58,027 bases of DNA. It comes from Spirogloea muscicola. Taxonomy: Eukaryota. Shown piece by piece: positions 37,301-50,229 of the stretch. Below the pieces are notes generated by a model, which made no database searches, was not told where the DNA came from, and saw nothing but the letters and a program-made list of their open reading frames with translations. The number at the start of each line of letters is the position of its first letter. Position 1 is the first letter of the stretch. The position numbers and the translations under genes were made by a program. The stretch spans positions 781,390 to 839,416 of the forward strand of contig WELB01000030.1 of assembly GCA_009602725.1 (NCBI GenBank). Reading direction: 5' to 3'.

Positions 37301-40300
37301 CTTGGATCATGCAATCGTGCAATTTGTCTCCTTATCAGCACCTCAAAAGGGACCTGCACACAGTATGTCATCAGCAGTCTGACAAATAAAACAAATAAAA
37401 CAAGTCAATTCCAATGAATGTCGTCAAGTCATCAAAGTCAACCAAAGCAACCCAAAAGCAAGAACAAATAGCATGATAAGCAAGTTGAGTAACAAGTAAA
37501 TACGTGACCACAGACACTTTCTGTGCACTTGATGCTCACCTCAGGCACAAACAAGACATTCTTGGGCCCCGTGGCGTTTTGTATAGCGGTGCGGATATCA
37601 TCGTCAGTAAGATCGTCACATGGATCCACTTCCTGTTACATCCATGAGACAAACAGTGAGCTGTGCTACCCTGCTCAGAAGCACAGACAAGACATAACCA
37701 GCACCGCATTTTGGCCATGCAGAAGAGTAAGCACTGATCAGACTACCAAATCCAAGACCTCCATCTACTCATGTCAGACATTGCAGCAATCTCATTGGCA
37801 TCTCCTATCTGCCCCCTAACACTCCTGAACAAGGCACTCTTCCTTTTGCCATACTGCCTACAAGGAAGTTAGGAGAGTACATGTGGATTCATCATTGTCA
37901 ACAAGGACAGCCATGTCTTCATCAAACGAAGGGTCGATCAGAGTGCAGCAAGCCTTTACCTCCAGACTCTTGACAAAGATTGCTTGGAAAATGTAATGGA
38001 TTCGAGCCCCTCCGGACAACTCAGTTGTGGACATCTCTTCGTTTTTGCCATCGACAATGGATGAGAATGCTGCAAAGAATTCAACAGTTGCTTAATTTCA
38101 GAACATTGGCCAATGATCAACAACATCGGAAAATTCGACAGTTTGCTTGATGGGCCCTCTTTCAGTGGCTTACAAAGAGCCTCAAGGAAACTATATACAG
38201 AGAGGTACCATATTTGTTGACTATAAAACCTCGTGAATTACCTTGAGAGTATTTCGTCAGTATATCAAGGAGAAGGATGCCGCGCCCTGCCTGGTAAGAG
38301 CAGAGACACATGAAGCAGCATGCATCAATGTGGAGCCCTTGTTAAATTTGGGCATTGTGTATCTAATCGCAAGCTAGCCTCAAGCAGATACACGCATGCA
38401 TGACACACATACCAAATGTGGACATAGCATTGCTAGTGCAAGGCCAGTGATTGTCAGGATATTGTGCATGTAGCTGTTTACCTTGTCCGTCAGCTCTCCA
38501 TAACTAAGTAACTCCTTTTGCAAAGTAACCATCTGTGTGTTGATTCGGGCCTTGAGTTCAGGTAGAATGACTCGGATGTGCTGTACAAGTATCTGAGGCA
38601 TTCAAACACTCAATGCAAGTGGTCATCTGCTGTTAAACGAAAATGATGACAACCTTGCACGACCAGGACTCTATTGCCCTCCTTCAAGGCGCTGTGAAGG
38701 TGATACTGCACATCTGCAGACATTGAGACCTAAGGTCTCGCTATCCAGCTACACACTTGTCTGACACATCCATTGCTGAGCAAACACTCACCTGGTTTAG
38801 CTTCTTTGCAAGTTGAGGGATGCCACATCTGTCAGCAAGGCTGTGATATACCTGTTGTTATGACAGACGAAAGTAAGGCCAGTACAGTCATGCCTCTGAT
38901 CTAACTTGGCCAACTACAAGTACAAAAAGCGTGGAAAAGGTCATATCTGACATTACAGGTCTATGATGGTCCAAGAAGCATGATGAAGTGATGCAGGCTC
39001 TCCTGACTACAACTTCTCAATCTGCTTAAGAGATGCTGACATAAAGCAGCTATGAACTTTCTCCATGAAATCACTACGAGCTAGAACTAGGTGAAAGGGT
39101 GATCGAGAGATTCTTGAAGCTACTCAGCTGTGCTGAGCACATTCTCTTAAATATTCCACCTTACCGGGCGACTGTTGAAGAAGGTTTCTTCATACTCAAG
39201 AGCATCTCTTATCTCCTTGTTCTCATCAATATCCTATGGGGACAGACACGTTCGTCAGGCATCAACGCAATGACAACAGTACAGAAGTGCGAAGACATGG
39301 GCCCACTGGAGCAAATCAGAACCCTTTAAGTCACATCAAAGCTCCTCTTACAAAAAACTCTCTCCTGCTCCTTACATTGTTAAGACGACGATGGGCATCC
39401 TGTACTTACTCCTTGGCTGCGATTGACCACTCCAATGTAACCTAAACGCAAGGGAATGACATTCCCAAGGAGGAAATTGCGTGCATCTGTTCCGCGGTCC
39501 ATTATGTCCAACTGCACCGCAAGCACAGCTTTAGAACACTTTTCTTCACTACCATCAAGTCAAACTTTGGCAAGGCTTGGATGCTCCAATACGGAAAATT
39601 GATGTCAGTGATTCGGAGGATCGCATGAGCTGACCTTGGTGATGACTCCGATTGTGCGAGAGCCTGTTTCACACACAGCAACAGGGCAAGCATGACATAC
39701 TTTGTAGGTGCTGTGTGGTCCACCGTAAGCCTTTGCATTTGTAAATATATTGCCAATAGGGTACTGTAAGGCTAAAACTTGCACAATGTGTGCAATATGT
39801 TACTAAACCCTGCAATGTCTGCTTTCAAAAGGGCTGCTATGCTAATTGGCTGTAACCTTCTGCCAATGCAGTGAACATCAAATGTTTAGCACAGATGGTT
39901 GGGCAAAACAATTGAACTTAGAAGCAACTAACCATCAGGATCAGCTATGCGGGCCATTTGTAGAGCATCGGAGTTGGCCAGGTCAGCATTGGCTGGCGAA
40001 ACGGCCAGTATGATGCAGGTCTCGTGCTTGATGTAGCTGAGCACCATCGTGCGCACTCGCGCTTCGATATCGCTAGGCTGATCTCCAACTGGCACTTTGG
40101 TGATCCCCGGGAGATCCACCAAGGTGATGTTGAGCACCCTTGGAGAGTAAACCTTGAGCCTGATCTGCTTGTCAGAAATGCCCTTGTTCTGGCCAACCTC
40201 TCGCGCCGTCTCAGCCTGCCGTAGGAGAAGTCAGTCAAGAAGGGCATGAGAAGGAAGCCTTCTGATGGATGAATTGAGACCGTACTTGTACTTCAGCCGC

Positions 40301-40798
40301 ACATGTCTCAAAGGCGATCCTGAAGTCAAGGTAAGTAGTCCGGCGTTGCTCAGAGTAAGCCCATTGAAAGGAGTAGCATGTTTGGACCTGGATTTCTTTC
40401 CGTATTAGGCTGAAGTCTGTGAAGTGCCTGCCAGGAAGGTGCAAGAATTCGCCCCATTCTTCGCCATCTTTGGAGGCCCCGCCCGCGGGGCCGCCAGGGG
40501 CTGGCTCTTGGTCATCCTTGACTCTGGCGGGAATCTGCACCAGCTGCAGCACCAGCGGCCGACGGGTGCAGACGTCTGCGCCTCGCGGCAGGAAGTCCCG
40601 CCCGACCAGTGCCTCGAGGACGCTGGACTTGCCGCTGCTCTGGCTCCCCACCACCGCGACCTGCGGGAGGTCGATGGTCGACGCGGATCCGAGCTGCGCG
40701 AAGATGTCCTGCAGCTTATTGATGAGCGGGATGACGGACTGGCCCAGCAGGACGTCCGGGGGCGGGCCGGCGCCCGCCGCCGCCGGCACCGGCGCCAT
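34315..40798 (-). CDS. DRP3: Dynamin-related protein 3 (mitochondrial/peroxisomal fission GTPase), multi-exon
   Basis: [132 protein letters not shown] motif [29 protein letters not shown]; last exon TLEDLPL...DATGLP. Confidence 0.95.
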
Positions 40799-40922
40799 GG
40801 AGCAGCCGCGCCCCAGGCCTGCGCTGCACCTCGGCCCGCGCCGTGCAGCGCCTGCGACGGCCTCAGAGGGAGCCCTACGACGGGCGCGAGGCCACTCCCA
40901 GGACTGGATGCCGCCGGCACAA

Positions 40923-40953
<31 letters not shown>

Positions 40954-41421
40954 AGGCGCTGGCGGCGGGGCGACTGCGCGGGACTGACGCACGATCTGGC
41001 CACCTGGCGGGCGGGGGGTGCCGGCGCCCGCTTCGCAGACGGCGGAGCTCGCCCAGCGTGGGGAAACGAGCCGCACTTTCGCTTTGGCTGCGGCACACTG
41101 GGCGGGGCTTGGACCGCTGGGCGGACCACGTCGAGAAAATAAGCGGCTGCTGGTACTCAAAAGAGCGGCCGGCTGTAGAAGCCAGCCAGGGGCATACAGA
41201 GGGTGTTGATTAAAGTATTGGCGGAGCCACAGGCTAGGCAGACCTCGTCGCGTGCCCTCGGGAACCCAAGCTCACACTTCTGCCGACGACCCGCCCGTCG
41301 CCCCCGTCGCCTTCCTTTGTCTGCCGTCTCCGCGTCACAGCCTGACAGTGCCGCGCCGCTGGCTTGCTTTGGCACAGCCCTTGCCCACTTTGGGAGAGCC
41401 ACATTCTTTGGCCTCCCTCTC

Positions 41422-42069
41422 TTTTGCTACCGTGCAGTCGTGGAAGTCAACGATATCATGCCTATCACCACGGACGCCCAGGGACGTCATCATCGCCGCA
41501 CACTTGACATTGTGGGCGTGCAACCTGGTGGAGGACCACGGGCCCTGGTCGACGTTGTGGTAACGGAGGGGTACAAGGGACCAGCATCCACACACATCGC
41601 TGGTCACGCAGTGGGCGTTGCAGAACAGAGAAAGCTGCAGCATTACTCCGACTACCCTCAATTCGATCAGCTCCTGCCAGCGGCAATCGACGTCTTTGGT
41701 TGTCTGGGTCCTCGTTTCCACACCCTCCTCCAAAACATTGCCGATCTAGGCTACACACGTCGTGCAGATGTGTTTCCGGTTGAGTTGGGCTTGCCAGCTG
41801 CATATCTGTCTTTCTTGCGACGACGTGTTTCGGCCTGTTTGCAGCGTGCTCAGGCTAATGCCTTGCACCAGAAAGCTGGCCGAGCTCTAGTTGGTGGCAG
41901 AAGGGCTTCGTATCTGACATCTAGTATTCAGGCATCGATTAGCGACCTTTATGTTTTGACCCGTGGTTACTGAGCGGGTCACTTTGCTGTAGATTATGTA
42001 GGTCTTCAGATGTGCTTGCCTTTGTACTTGGCCTTTGGCCTTCGTTTGTTTCAAATACACGAAATTCTT
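41422..42069 (+). mobile_element. 5'-truncated non-LTR retrotransposon with an open restriction-like endonuclease (RLE) C-terminal domain (CRE/R2-like group)
   Basis: The frame to stop 41971-41973 reads RRTLDIV..ALVDVVVT..AGHAVGVAEQRKLQHY..LLPAAIDVFGCLG..LRRRVSACLQRAQANAL..SDLYVLTRGY*, the D..D.V..K..Y / D.FG / L..RxS..LQR.xA pattern of RLE-LINE C-termini. A ~95-bp 3' UTR follows. The copy is flanked by CCTCTC at 41416-41421 and 42070-42075. Confidence 0.85.
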
Positions 42070-42459
42070 CCTCTCATTACATGCGCACCGCTCGCCTTCA
42101 TGCGGATCCCGTCAAGCTGGACCAAGCCGTGCTCCGCACGTCGTCGACCACCTATTAAGAACCCCATGACCACTTGTCAAGAACCCCTATGGCGCCTCAA
42201 TTTCATGCGCACCACGCGCCTTCTCTCTATGGCGCCAGGGGAACTCAAGGACGCGGTCTGTAGCCGCGACAGTCTGCAAGCTGGTCCTGACGCTCTCGAG
42301 GGCGATGACTGTCTCAAGCAACCTCGCACGTCAGTTGACATGAGCAGCTGCTCCAACACCTTTGAGCATGCGCTGTATTTTGCCACTGCTCTGCCCCACG
42401 TTTGGACAAAGCCCACAACACATCCAACCTACAAGGACCTAGCAGTGGCAAGGCTGCAC

Positions 42460-42568
42460 GTTAGCTTCTTGCCATGGCAGTCAGCATGAGCTCCTTGCCG
42501 ATGGCCCCATCAAAGGCATGTCAGCATGGGGTCCTTGCCGATGGCCCATCCATGGCATGTCTGCATAA
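42460..42568. repeat. Minisatellite, ~41-bp unit, ~2.5 copies
   Basis: gtcagcatg.g.tccttgccgatggccc.atc...ggcat is repeated at ~42480 and ~42520, with partial copies on both sides. Confidence 0.75.
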
Positions 42569-42659
42569 TTCTGCCGCAGGCAACATAAGAGTGCGTCATG
42601 CCCATAATTGACTGCCCTTCTTTGGTGGCACTGTTGGCCTCTCTCATAGCCTCGACGTG

Positions 42660-43360
42660 TTTACAAGTCGGACGGGCATCAACTAGCGACCTCTACGTGC
42701 TGAAACATAGTCACTGAGCGGGTCAGCTTAGCAGCACGTAATGGACAGCTGTCGATGTGCTTGTATTTGTACTCGGCAACTCAGTCCCACCTCTAATCAC
42801 TCAAATTCACACTCCATCTCTCCTTCCCTAGTCGCGCGCCTTCCCTCTTTCATCAGCGTGCTGGGCGCGCTCTAAATTAGGCCACCAGCTTCCGGCGGCG
42901 CTCTGGCTCCCCAAGTTAGCCAGTTGGATCTGTGCGTGCTCACTCGTGAGTATCATCATCAAAGTGTTACCTTAGCCACCTCAGCATAAGGGCTTCGTAT
43001 CATGTAGCCCCAGATTTTGCACTGATTTCTGCCTGAACAATGCATTGGCTTGCATTCGCTTCTTCAGGCCCCTTTTGGTCTTTAGATGTGCTTGCCTTTG
43101 TACTTGACCATTTGGCCTTCGTTTGTTGTTGTTGTCCTTTGTTTGTTGTTGTCTTTGTTTCAAATACACGAAATTCCTTCGTAGCTGCCGAGCGTTTTTG
43201 CCCCCTACGAACCTTTGGTCATCTTTTCGGGCTGGCTTTTCACAGCCCTTGCCCCCATTGGGAGTGCCACTTCTTGCATTGGCCACCCTTATAGATCAGG
43301 CGCTCCGCGCCGCCTTCTGTCTCCCGATTCATTCATTGCCGCGCGCACCGCGCGCGTGCG
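42660..43360 (+). mobile_element. Stack of RLE non-LTR retrotransposon 3' fragments upstream of EMC1
   Basis: Fragments are tagcgacctctacgtgctg...actgagcgggtca (42683-42725), HQRAGRAL..QVSQLDLCVLTR (42850-42950) with tail, gatgtgcttgcctttgtactt...caaatacacgaaatt (43085-43175) and the ggctggcttttcacagcccttgccccc tail (43230-43260). Confidence 0.8.
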
Positions 43361-43615
43361 CCGCTTGGGAGGCCGCCGGCGACGACCTGGGCCGCCGCCG
43401 CCGANGCTCGCGCCTCGCCGCGGCGTTGCAAGCAGGTCCCCGTCGCCGTCGCCGCCCGCGGCGGTCCTCCCGGATCGGCGCCCAGCGCAGCCTACATTCG
43501 GCACTGATGGGAGCGGCCTGCAGCTCGCGACCGGCGCTTGGGGGACGGCCCTGAAGCCCCCGGCCGCAGAGGGACGCCTTCACGGAGCCCGAAACCTGCT
43601 GCCTCGGCGGCTGCC

Positions 43616-46600
43616 ATGAAGCGCCAACACTCGCCATGGCGGGGCCTCCTGCTGTTGCTCTGCGCCATGCTTCCTCTGCTCGGGCATGCCTTGTTTGAGG
43701 ACGAAGTCGGCATGTCCGACTGGTGAGCTCCACACCGATCTGAGGCTGGCGTGAACAGCTCCGAATGCGGCATGCTAAGAGACACCGAGAAGGCTAGGCT
43801 TGATCAGACTGCCTTGCGACGAGCAAAGCTGACTTACTCAGCAGCTCTTGCCCCTAAACCCAAACCCCAGACCGCACCCAAACCCTAATCCAAACGCTAA
43901 CCCATAAGATACATTTGCGATGCTGCACACTGAGCAGCACGCATTGTCAGAGTGCTTCTCCTCGCATCTGTGTTTTGAGCTGATGCCGTGGAGGTTGAGT
44001 ATCCCGCTTGGTGGCAGGCACCAGTCATACATCGGCAAAGTGAAGCTAGCCAAGTTGCAGACGTACGGCCAGAGGAAGCGGGTTTTTGTTGCTACAGAAC
44101 AGAACGTACTTGCTGCCCTCAACCTTCGCAGTGGCGAGCTCAGTAAGTCCAAGTCACAAGCACCTTCTGGACTCACACGCTCTGCAAAGCTTATTCACAA
44201 GTATTAGTTACACTACAAGATAAAGAGTTCCACCCTCAATGAGAGCCCGTGAATCGACCAGTAGAAAAGTCGTCACAGAAATTTCACCTGCAGAGCCTCC
44301 TGGGTTCCGCTTCACAGCTGAGCTTGCATGATCGAGTGGAAAGATCCAACATTTTAGCTGAGCATTAATGCTCCCACATGCTTACAGTCTGGAGGCATGC
44401 ATTTGCGCCTGGCGACCACATCGATGGGCTCCACATTTCAGGCAAATGTGAGTTTCGGGCTTGTGCACGTGAACGCGACGCCTCTCTTGCTCTAAGCCAT
44501 CTGCTTCGTTGTGGGCTTGTGTGCTTCCATTGGTTGAGACATAATACAAGAGCAGCAAAATTGTGTAAAGCGAAGGCCTGATCTTGGCACATTGCTGGAG
44601 CAATCAAGGCCATACATTCCTCGTTCACTGGAGCTCATGGTCTGCTTTGGGCAAGGTTGCGCCCTTTGGGATATGCTGTGTCTATGGGGGCCTTTCATTG
44701 AGGTTCTTGCATCCTTACCCAACATCTGTTCTTATCTGGATATGCCCCTGGATCAGATGTTATCACACTGATTGGGGGAATAGCTCTACGGGCTTGGACA
44801 GTGGTTGAGGGCACCCTCATCTGGGAGACGATTCTGCCATCCTCAGCAAGCGAAGGCCTGAAGAAATCTCCAAGTCCCATACTTTTACCTCTTCAGACTT
44901 CAACCGACCAAGTAATGCTGTCAAGTCATAGCACTATCTTCCGCCAAGACAAGGAGCAAACTAGATAGCAGGTGCTTGTGAAGTTCATTTTCAGAAAGAA
45001 GTAGCGAGCTTCAGATCCAAGGAGAGTTGGATTGCAATTATGGTTGCTTTTGTGCTCATACCATAGCCACTTGACAGAAAGACTCCATTCTTGGGTGGAG
45101 CTAAGAGTCCTTCTTTCTATGTCTTGTACAGGTATCTGGGAGTAAGGATGTCCTGATTCTTGCAGGAGGTGTGCTGAGCATGATATCTGTGCTAGATGGC
45201 ATTGTTGCTTGGCAAGTAGAAACCCAGGCAGACAGGTGAGCCTAGGGACTACACTGACAAGGAGACGATAGCCCTTGTACAGGCAGGGTTGCTCGTGCTG
45301 CACGGATGCTCTCAACAAGTGTCAGTAAAGTTTCTGAGAGTCACTTAAGTTTTCAGAATGCCATCGAGGACTTGAAAGTGCAGATACTTGACTAATAGCT
45401 GCATGCACAGCAAAAAACAGTCTAGCCATTGAACTTCATCTTCTGCTGCATGCAGCATTTTCCTCGCAACCAAGAGCAACCTTGTATATACAAGTCACTC
45501 CTCAGGAGCGCAAATTACCTTCTCAGAGGTTGATATGGCTACTGGCACTGCAAGGGAGGAAAAGAAGTTCCAAGCGACATCCTCTGTACAGGAAAAACTT
45601 GCTCTTACTGAAGACACACTGTTCGGTCAGTATAAAGGCTAACACCAGCTTCGTCCATTGGTTTGTGACACTGCTGAGAGGTCCATCTTCATGCTGATGC
45701 CTGCTGGGTGCATGCACTCCAGGTTTCAGTTGTTTGTTTACTGAGGCACCTGCAGTGATGCACATGCTGGTCAAGACCATAATCATGGACAAAGTCGGAA
45801 ATAGAGATGACTTCTTTTGGGCAGGTAAAAGGGCGCCTCTGATATGGCAAAAGCTGTCATCTTTATTGCAGCTGTTAGCCGTACTGGCGAGAGCATCTTC
45901 AGCGCCAGTATGTCAGTGGCAAGCACAAGTGGCACAAACAGATTTCACGAGACATTAATTGTGTCGCTTTTCTCTGAAGTGACAAGTCTGTCAAAGGCTT
46001 CTCTGTGCTCATCGCACACAGAGGGTGCAGTTTGTTTGACCATGAACAGCAGTGTCTTCATAGTTGAGGTGGGCTCTACGGCAGAGACTCTCAGAGTGAC
46101 GGGCGAGTACAAGCTGCCGGTGATACTCACTGACAGTTTAGAATTGGACGATGGAAGACGCGTATTTGCAGTCGTTCAACCGGTTGGCTTGGAGACTGAT
46201 CACAAGATTATGATCAAGGTGATCAAAGCCAGCGCAGTTGCTTGGTCGCAGAACGCAGGCTGGGAACACTAGCAGCTGTAGCACATCTATATTTGTCCTA
46301 CTTGTTATACATCTGTAAAGGCTCTCACGTGATTACTATGCACATCGCAGACTGTGGCGACAGATAGCGAGCTGCTGGGCCAAGAGGTAGTGAGCTTGGG
46401 ACCAGAACGGGGCACCGTCTTGAAGGTTTTTCTGAATGCATACCTCAAGAAAGGGGGGGACGCCTATGGTTTCCGAGCTCTGGTGGTGTGCCAAGACCAT
46501 TCACTGGCATTGTTGCAACAGGTAGTTCGACCTCGAATATGGCAACTTGTATCCACGTCAAAGAGTTGTCAAAGAGTGTTGGCTCTCTGGGATGCATAAG

Positions 46601-49600
46601 GTCAATATTGCTTCATTCCTGGTGTTATGCTGCTATTGCTGACCAAGCTGCTGAAGGCGTGTAACACGGGTTCAGATGTTGTCACTTCACCAGTACCTCA
46701 CCAGCAAGTTGCCTTTGCAGGGTGAGGTTGTCTGGCTGAGGGAGGAAGCACTAGCCGGCGTGGTTGATGCCTGCATGACTGACCTTCCCCTGGAGAAGGA
46801 GGGAGTGCTTTCGGAGGTTGAACATGACCTTGCACAGTGGTTCCGGGTGAGCCGTCCATCACTCCATACAGCTGTGCAGCGAAGTCACCAGAAAGTTCCT
46901 CAAACCTACGCACTATATCCTCAACATTTAAGAAATTGTCACTGCTTGAGGGCACAGTGTAGGTCAGCAGGCATCTGGAAGAGTCACTTGATCCAGTTCT
47001 TGTTCGTCAGGCTACTGTTCACCAGCATGAGTACCAGTCTTCATTGACCAAGTAAGTGCTGTTATGAATGCCGGTCTGCGGCGCTGCAGGGGCACTTTCT
47101 TGGTGCCAAAGCAACCCTTATGTTGGCTACCCCTGAGGAGAAGCTTCTTGTGCAAGAGTTACGCCAGAACAGCGGCGAGAGAAGCAAGATGACAAGGGAC
47201 CGCAACGGGTTCCGCAAGCTGGTGGTGGCCGTTACAAGTGCTGGGAAGGCCTATGCACTGCACACAGGAGATGGTCATGTCATTTGGTCCAGGCTGCTAA
47301 CGCCCTTCAGAGACACAGAATCAGGTACCAACCTCTCCACTGCTGTTACAGGTTTAATTCTGCTGATTGCCATGCATTGGCATTGACTTGCTTGGTGTAG
47401 CAATTGACGTGACAGTACCTTTCATACTCCTATATGAAGTCCAATTTACAGCCAGAGGAGGGACGTGATTGTGGAGCCGGTTGAATTGAGGTGCAGGTCA
47501 GGAGCCCGCACCTAAGCTTCAGAAGGTGCTCTTGTGGAAGGAACCCCATAAGAACCTGGAGACTTCTTCTCAGGTTGTTGTCCTGGGAACAACAAGCTCC
47601 GGGAGTGGTCTGCTTCTTTGGTTAGATGCCAACACTGGCAAAGAAATGCAATACGTGCTACTGCCTTATACTGTGCAGCAGGTCATCAAAGTGAGATAAG
47701 CTGACTACTCGACCTAAGACCTGAGCCTTGCATCTGCAGGGCACTGGTCAGAGCATCTGTGCAAACCTCCTGTCTTGCTGGTCATTTCAGCTGCAGCTAA
47801 GTATGACATTGTGTTGCATGACACAAGACTTACACACACAGTCTCATCCAGCAAAACAGGCCTGATCATAGCACGTACTGCATGCATTATTTTTTATTGG
47901 GATTCTTGATGCAGAATGCTGGTACTGTACAAATATCGAAGAGGGTCACACAGCTGCCACATACGTCACATTTTGCCCAATTTTTCTGGAGATCCTAATG
48001 TGGGCTTGTGGTTACTTGCAGCTTGCCCTGCATGATGCATTGGATCAACGACTCTTCCTGCTTATTGATGAGAATGCTAATGCACACCTACTTCCTGAGA
48101 GTCGTGAAGCGCAACAAATTTTTGAGGCTCACTTGAGGAAGACATTCTTCTACATTGTTGACAAGGAAAGAGGTGTCATCAGTGGTTACAGAGTCAAGAA
48201 GCCACTGAACACCGATTCCAAGACGGCCTTCATTTATCCCTCTGAAGAGCTGTGGACAGTAGTGTTCCCAGTTGAGGTGGAGCGTATAGCCTTGGTAGCT
48301 ACCAAAGCAGCTAATGAGGTCTCTCTTCCTCCACCACTTGCTTATCATTATTAGCATCTCACAAGAGCTCTCGCCGTTGAATGGTGAACATTGCAGTCTA
48401 GCCCCAGCACTCCTTACTTGCTTACCGATTGGCTGAACAGGGGGTCTACACACAAGCGAAGGTGCTTGGTGATCGCAACGTACTGCTGAAGTACTTGAAC
48501 CCAAACACAGCATTCATTGCTACTACTGCTGCATTTGCAGACAGACAGAAGCCTGCGACCAATGTACTGACGGCCTACTTAATAGACACCGTGACTGGCG
48601 ACATTCTCTACCGCGTCACTCATGCAGAGATGAGTGGCCCTGTACATGCTGTAAGTACCAGAGAACATACAGGGTGCTCCTCGGCATTGTGAGTGCTATG
48701 TCCGGATCATGAGGGATGCATGAGCTGCTCTGCAGTGGCAGCTCCGATTCACCAGATACAAGGCTTCACGAGAAAGCACAGCTGAAGAGCAAAGGGGCAT
48801 GCAGCCATTCAAGGAGCTCCTTGAAAAGACTCATGATAGGCTTTCTCCTCCCATCAGGTCTTCTCTGAAAACTGGGTGGTGTACCACTACTTCAATGTAC
48901 GCAGCAACCGCTTTGAGGTATCTGTATTGGAGTTGTTTGATGAGTCTCCGCAGGTGAGTCGTTGGCCAGGCATTTGGACCAAGAAGAGATTGTAAAAGCA
49001 ATGCTGTATGTGTAGCTGCTTTGGCCGAACGCATCACACGGAGGTCTCATGTTTTCCAATTTGAAGCATTCGTCAGGATATTAAGCTCGAAGTAGGAGAG
49101 AGAAGCTGTAGAAGATGTAACAGAAAAGGAAGTGTACGTGTTTGGGCTTTCAGGAGGACATGGGCGAGATTGTGAAGCAGGCACTGAGATTGAAGAGCAG
49201 TAATTACACCTCACAGTCTTCTTATAGAAGGCCCTCCCTCAAGGTGGCTGGGCAGAGCTACTTCTTCCCCCACTCAATCAAGAGCATGGCTGTCACTGCC
49301 ACCTCCTCTGGCATAACTACAAAGAATATCCTCGTGGGAACAATCAGAGATCAGGTAAGTGCTTGCCATCTGTAGTCTCCTTGTCATCTGTTGTCACTGC
49401 TGCAGAGGTACGCAACCGAGCTGCACAATGTGCTGCTTGGGTGTGGTCCACGGGGTACGTTACAAGTATGAGGCCTCTTTCTGTTTCCACCTACTTCTGA
49501 GCTCTTTTCGTGTGTTACTTTGATTGGCCAAGGTCAAGTGTTACCAGGTGAGACATGATAATGTATGAGGACCCTATCTAAGCCTGCTTTGCACTGTCGG

Positions 49601-50229
49601 TTCCTTTGCCTGTGCAAGGTGTTGGCACTTGACAAGCGCCTGGTGGATCCCAGGCGCTCCCTCAATCCCATGCCACAGGAGAGAGAAGAGGGTCTCTTGC
49701 CCTACACAGACACACTGCCCATCAATCCTCAGGTGATAGGTGATGGTCAAGTAGGTGGTGTGCAGTTATGCTAGCATCTCAAGTCTCCTACTACTATCTC
49801 TCTGACTTGCCATCTCAGCAAAATGCTCAGCTTGCAGCTTCTGGAGTGCAATCCTTTAGGCCGTGTTGGCACAATCCAAGATGCATAGGAGCCCCTAAGC
49901 TCACATGCAAGCATGTCAAGATTGATGTTGACCTGCACCTTCATCAACTCTTGCTTGCATCTGTCCAGTCTTACATCACTCATCGGAGGCAAGTGGAGGG
50001 CCTGAGGGGAATTCTTGCTGCTCCATCTCGCCTGGAATCCACGACGCTGGTTTTTGCCTATGGTCTTGACCTTTTCTTCACCCGAAGTGCCCCCAGCAGG
50101 ACATATGACACGCTAAGTGAGGAGTTCAATTACTTCCTCCTCCTGTTTACAATCTTCGCCCTAGTTCTTGCCATCTTGGTCATTTGGGTACTCTCAGCGC
50201 GCAAAGACTTGCAATATAGGTGGAAATAG
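43616..50229 (+). CDS. EMC1: ER membrane protein complex subunit 1, multi-exon
   Basis: A signal peptide is followed by LFEDEVGMSDW/HQSYIG, RVFVATEQNVLAALNLRSG, VVWLREEALA, RDRNGFRKLVVAVTSAGKAYALHTGDG, KVLGDRNVLLKYLNPN, SENWVVYHY, EREEGLLPY and PSRLESTTLVFAYGLDLFFTRSAPSRTYDTL, then the TM and KDLQYRWK*. Confidence 0.95.
43851..43907 (+). repeat. Degenerate telomere-like (CCCTAAA-type) tract with telo-box in EMC1 intron 1
   Basis: cccctaaacccaaaccccagaccgcacccaaaccctaatccaaacgctaacccataa, with AAACCCTAA at 43880-43888. Confidence 0.55.
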
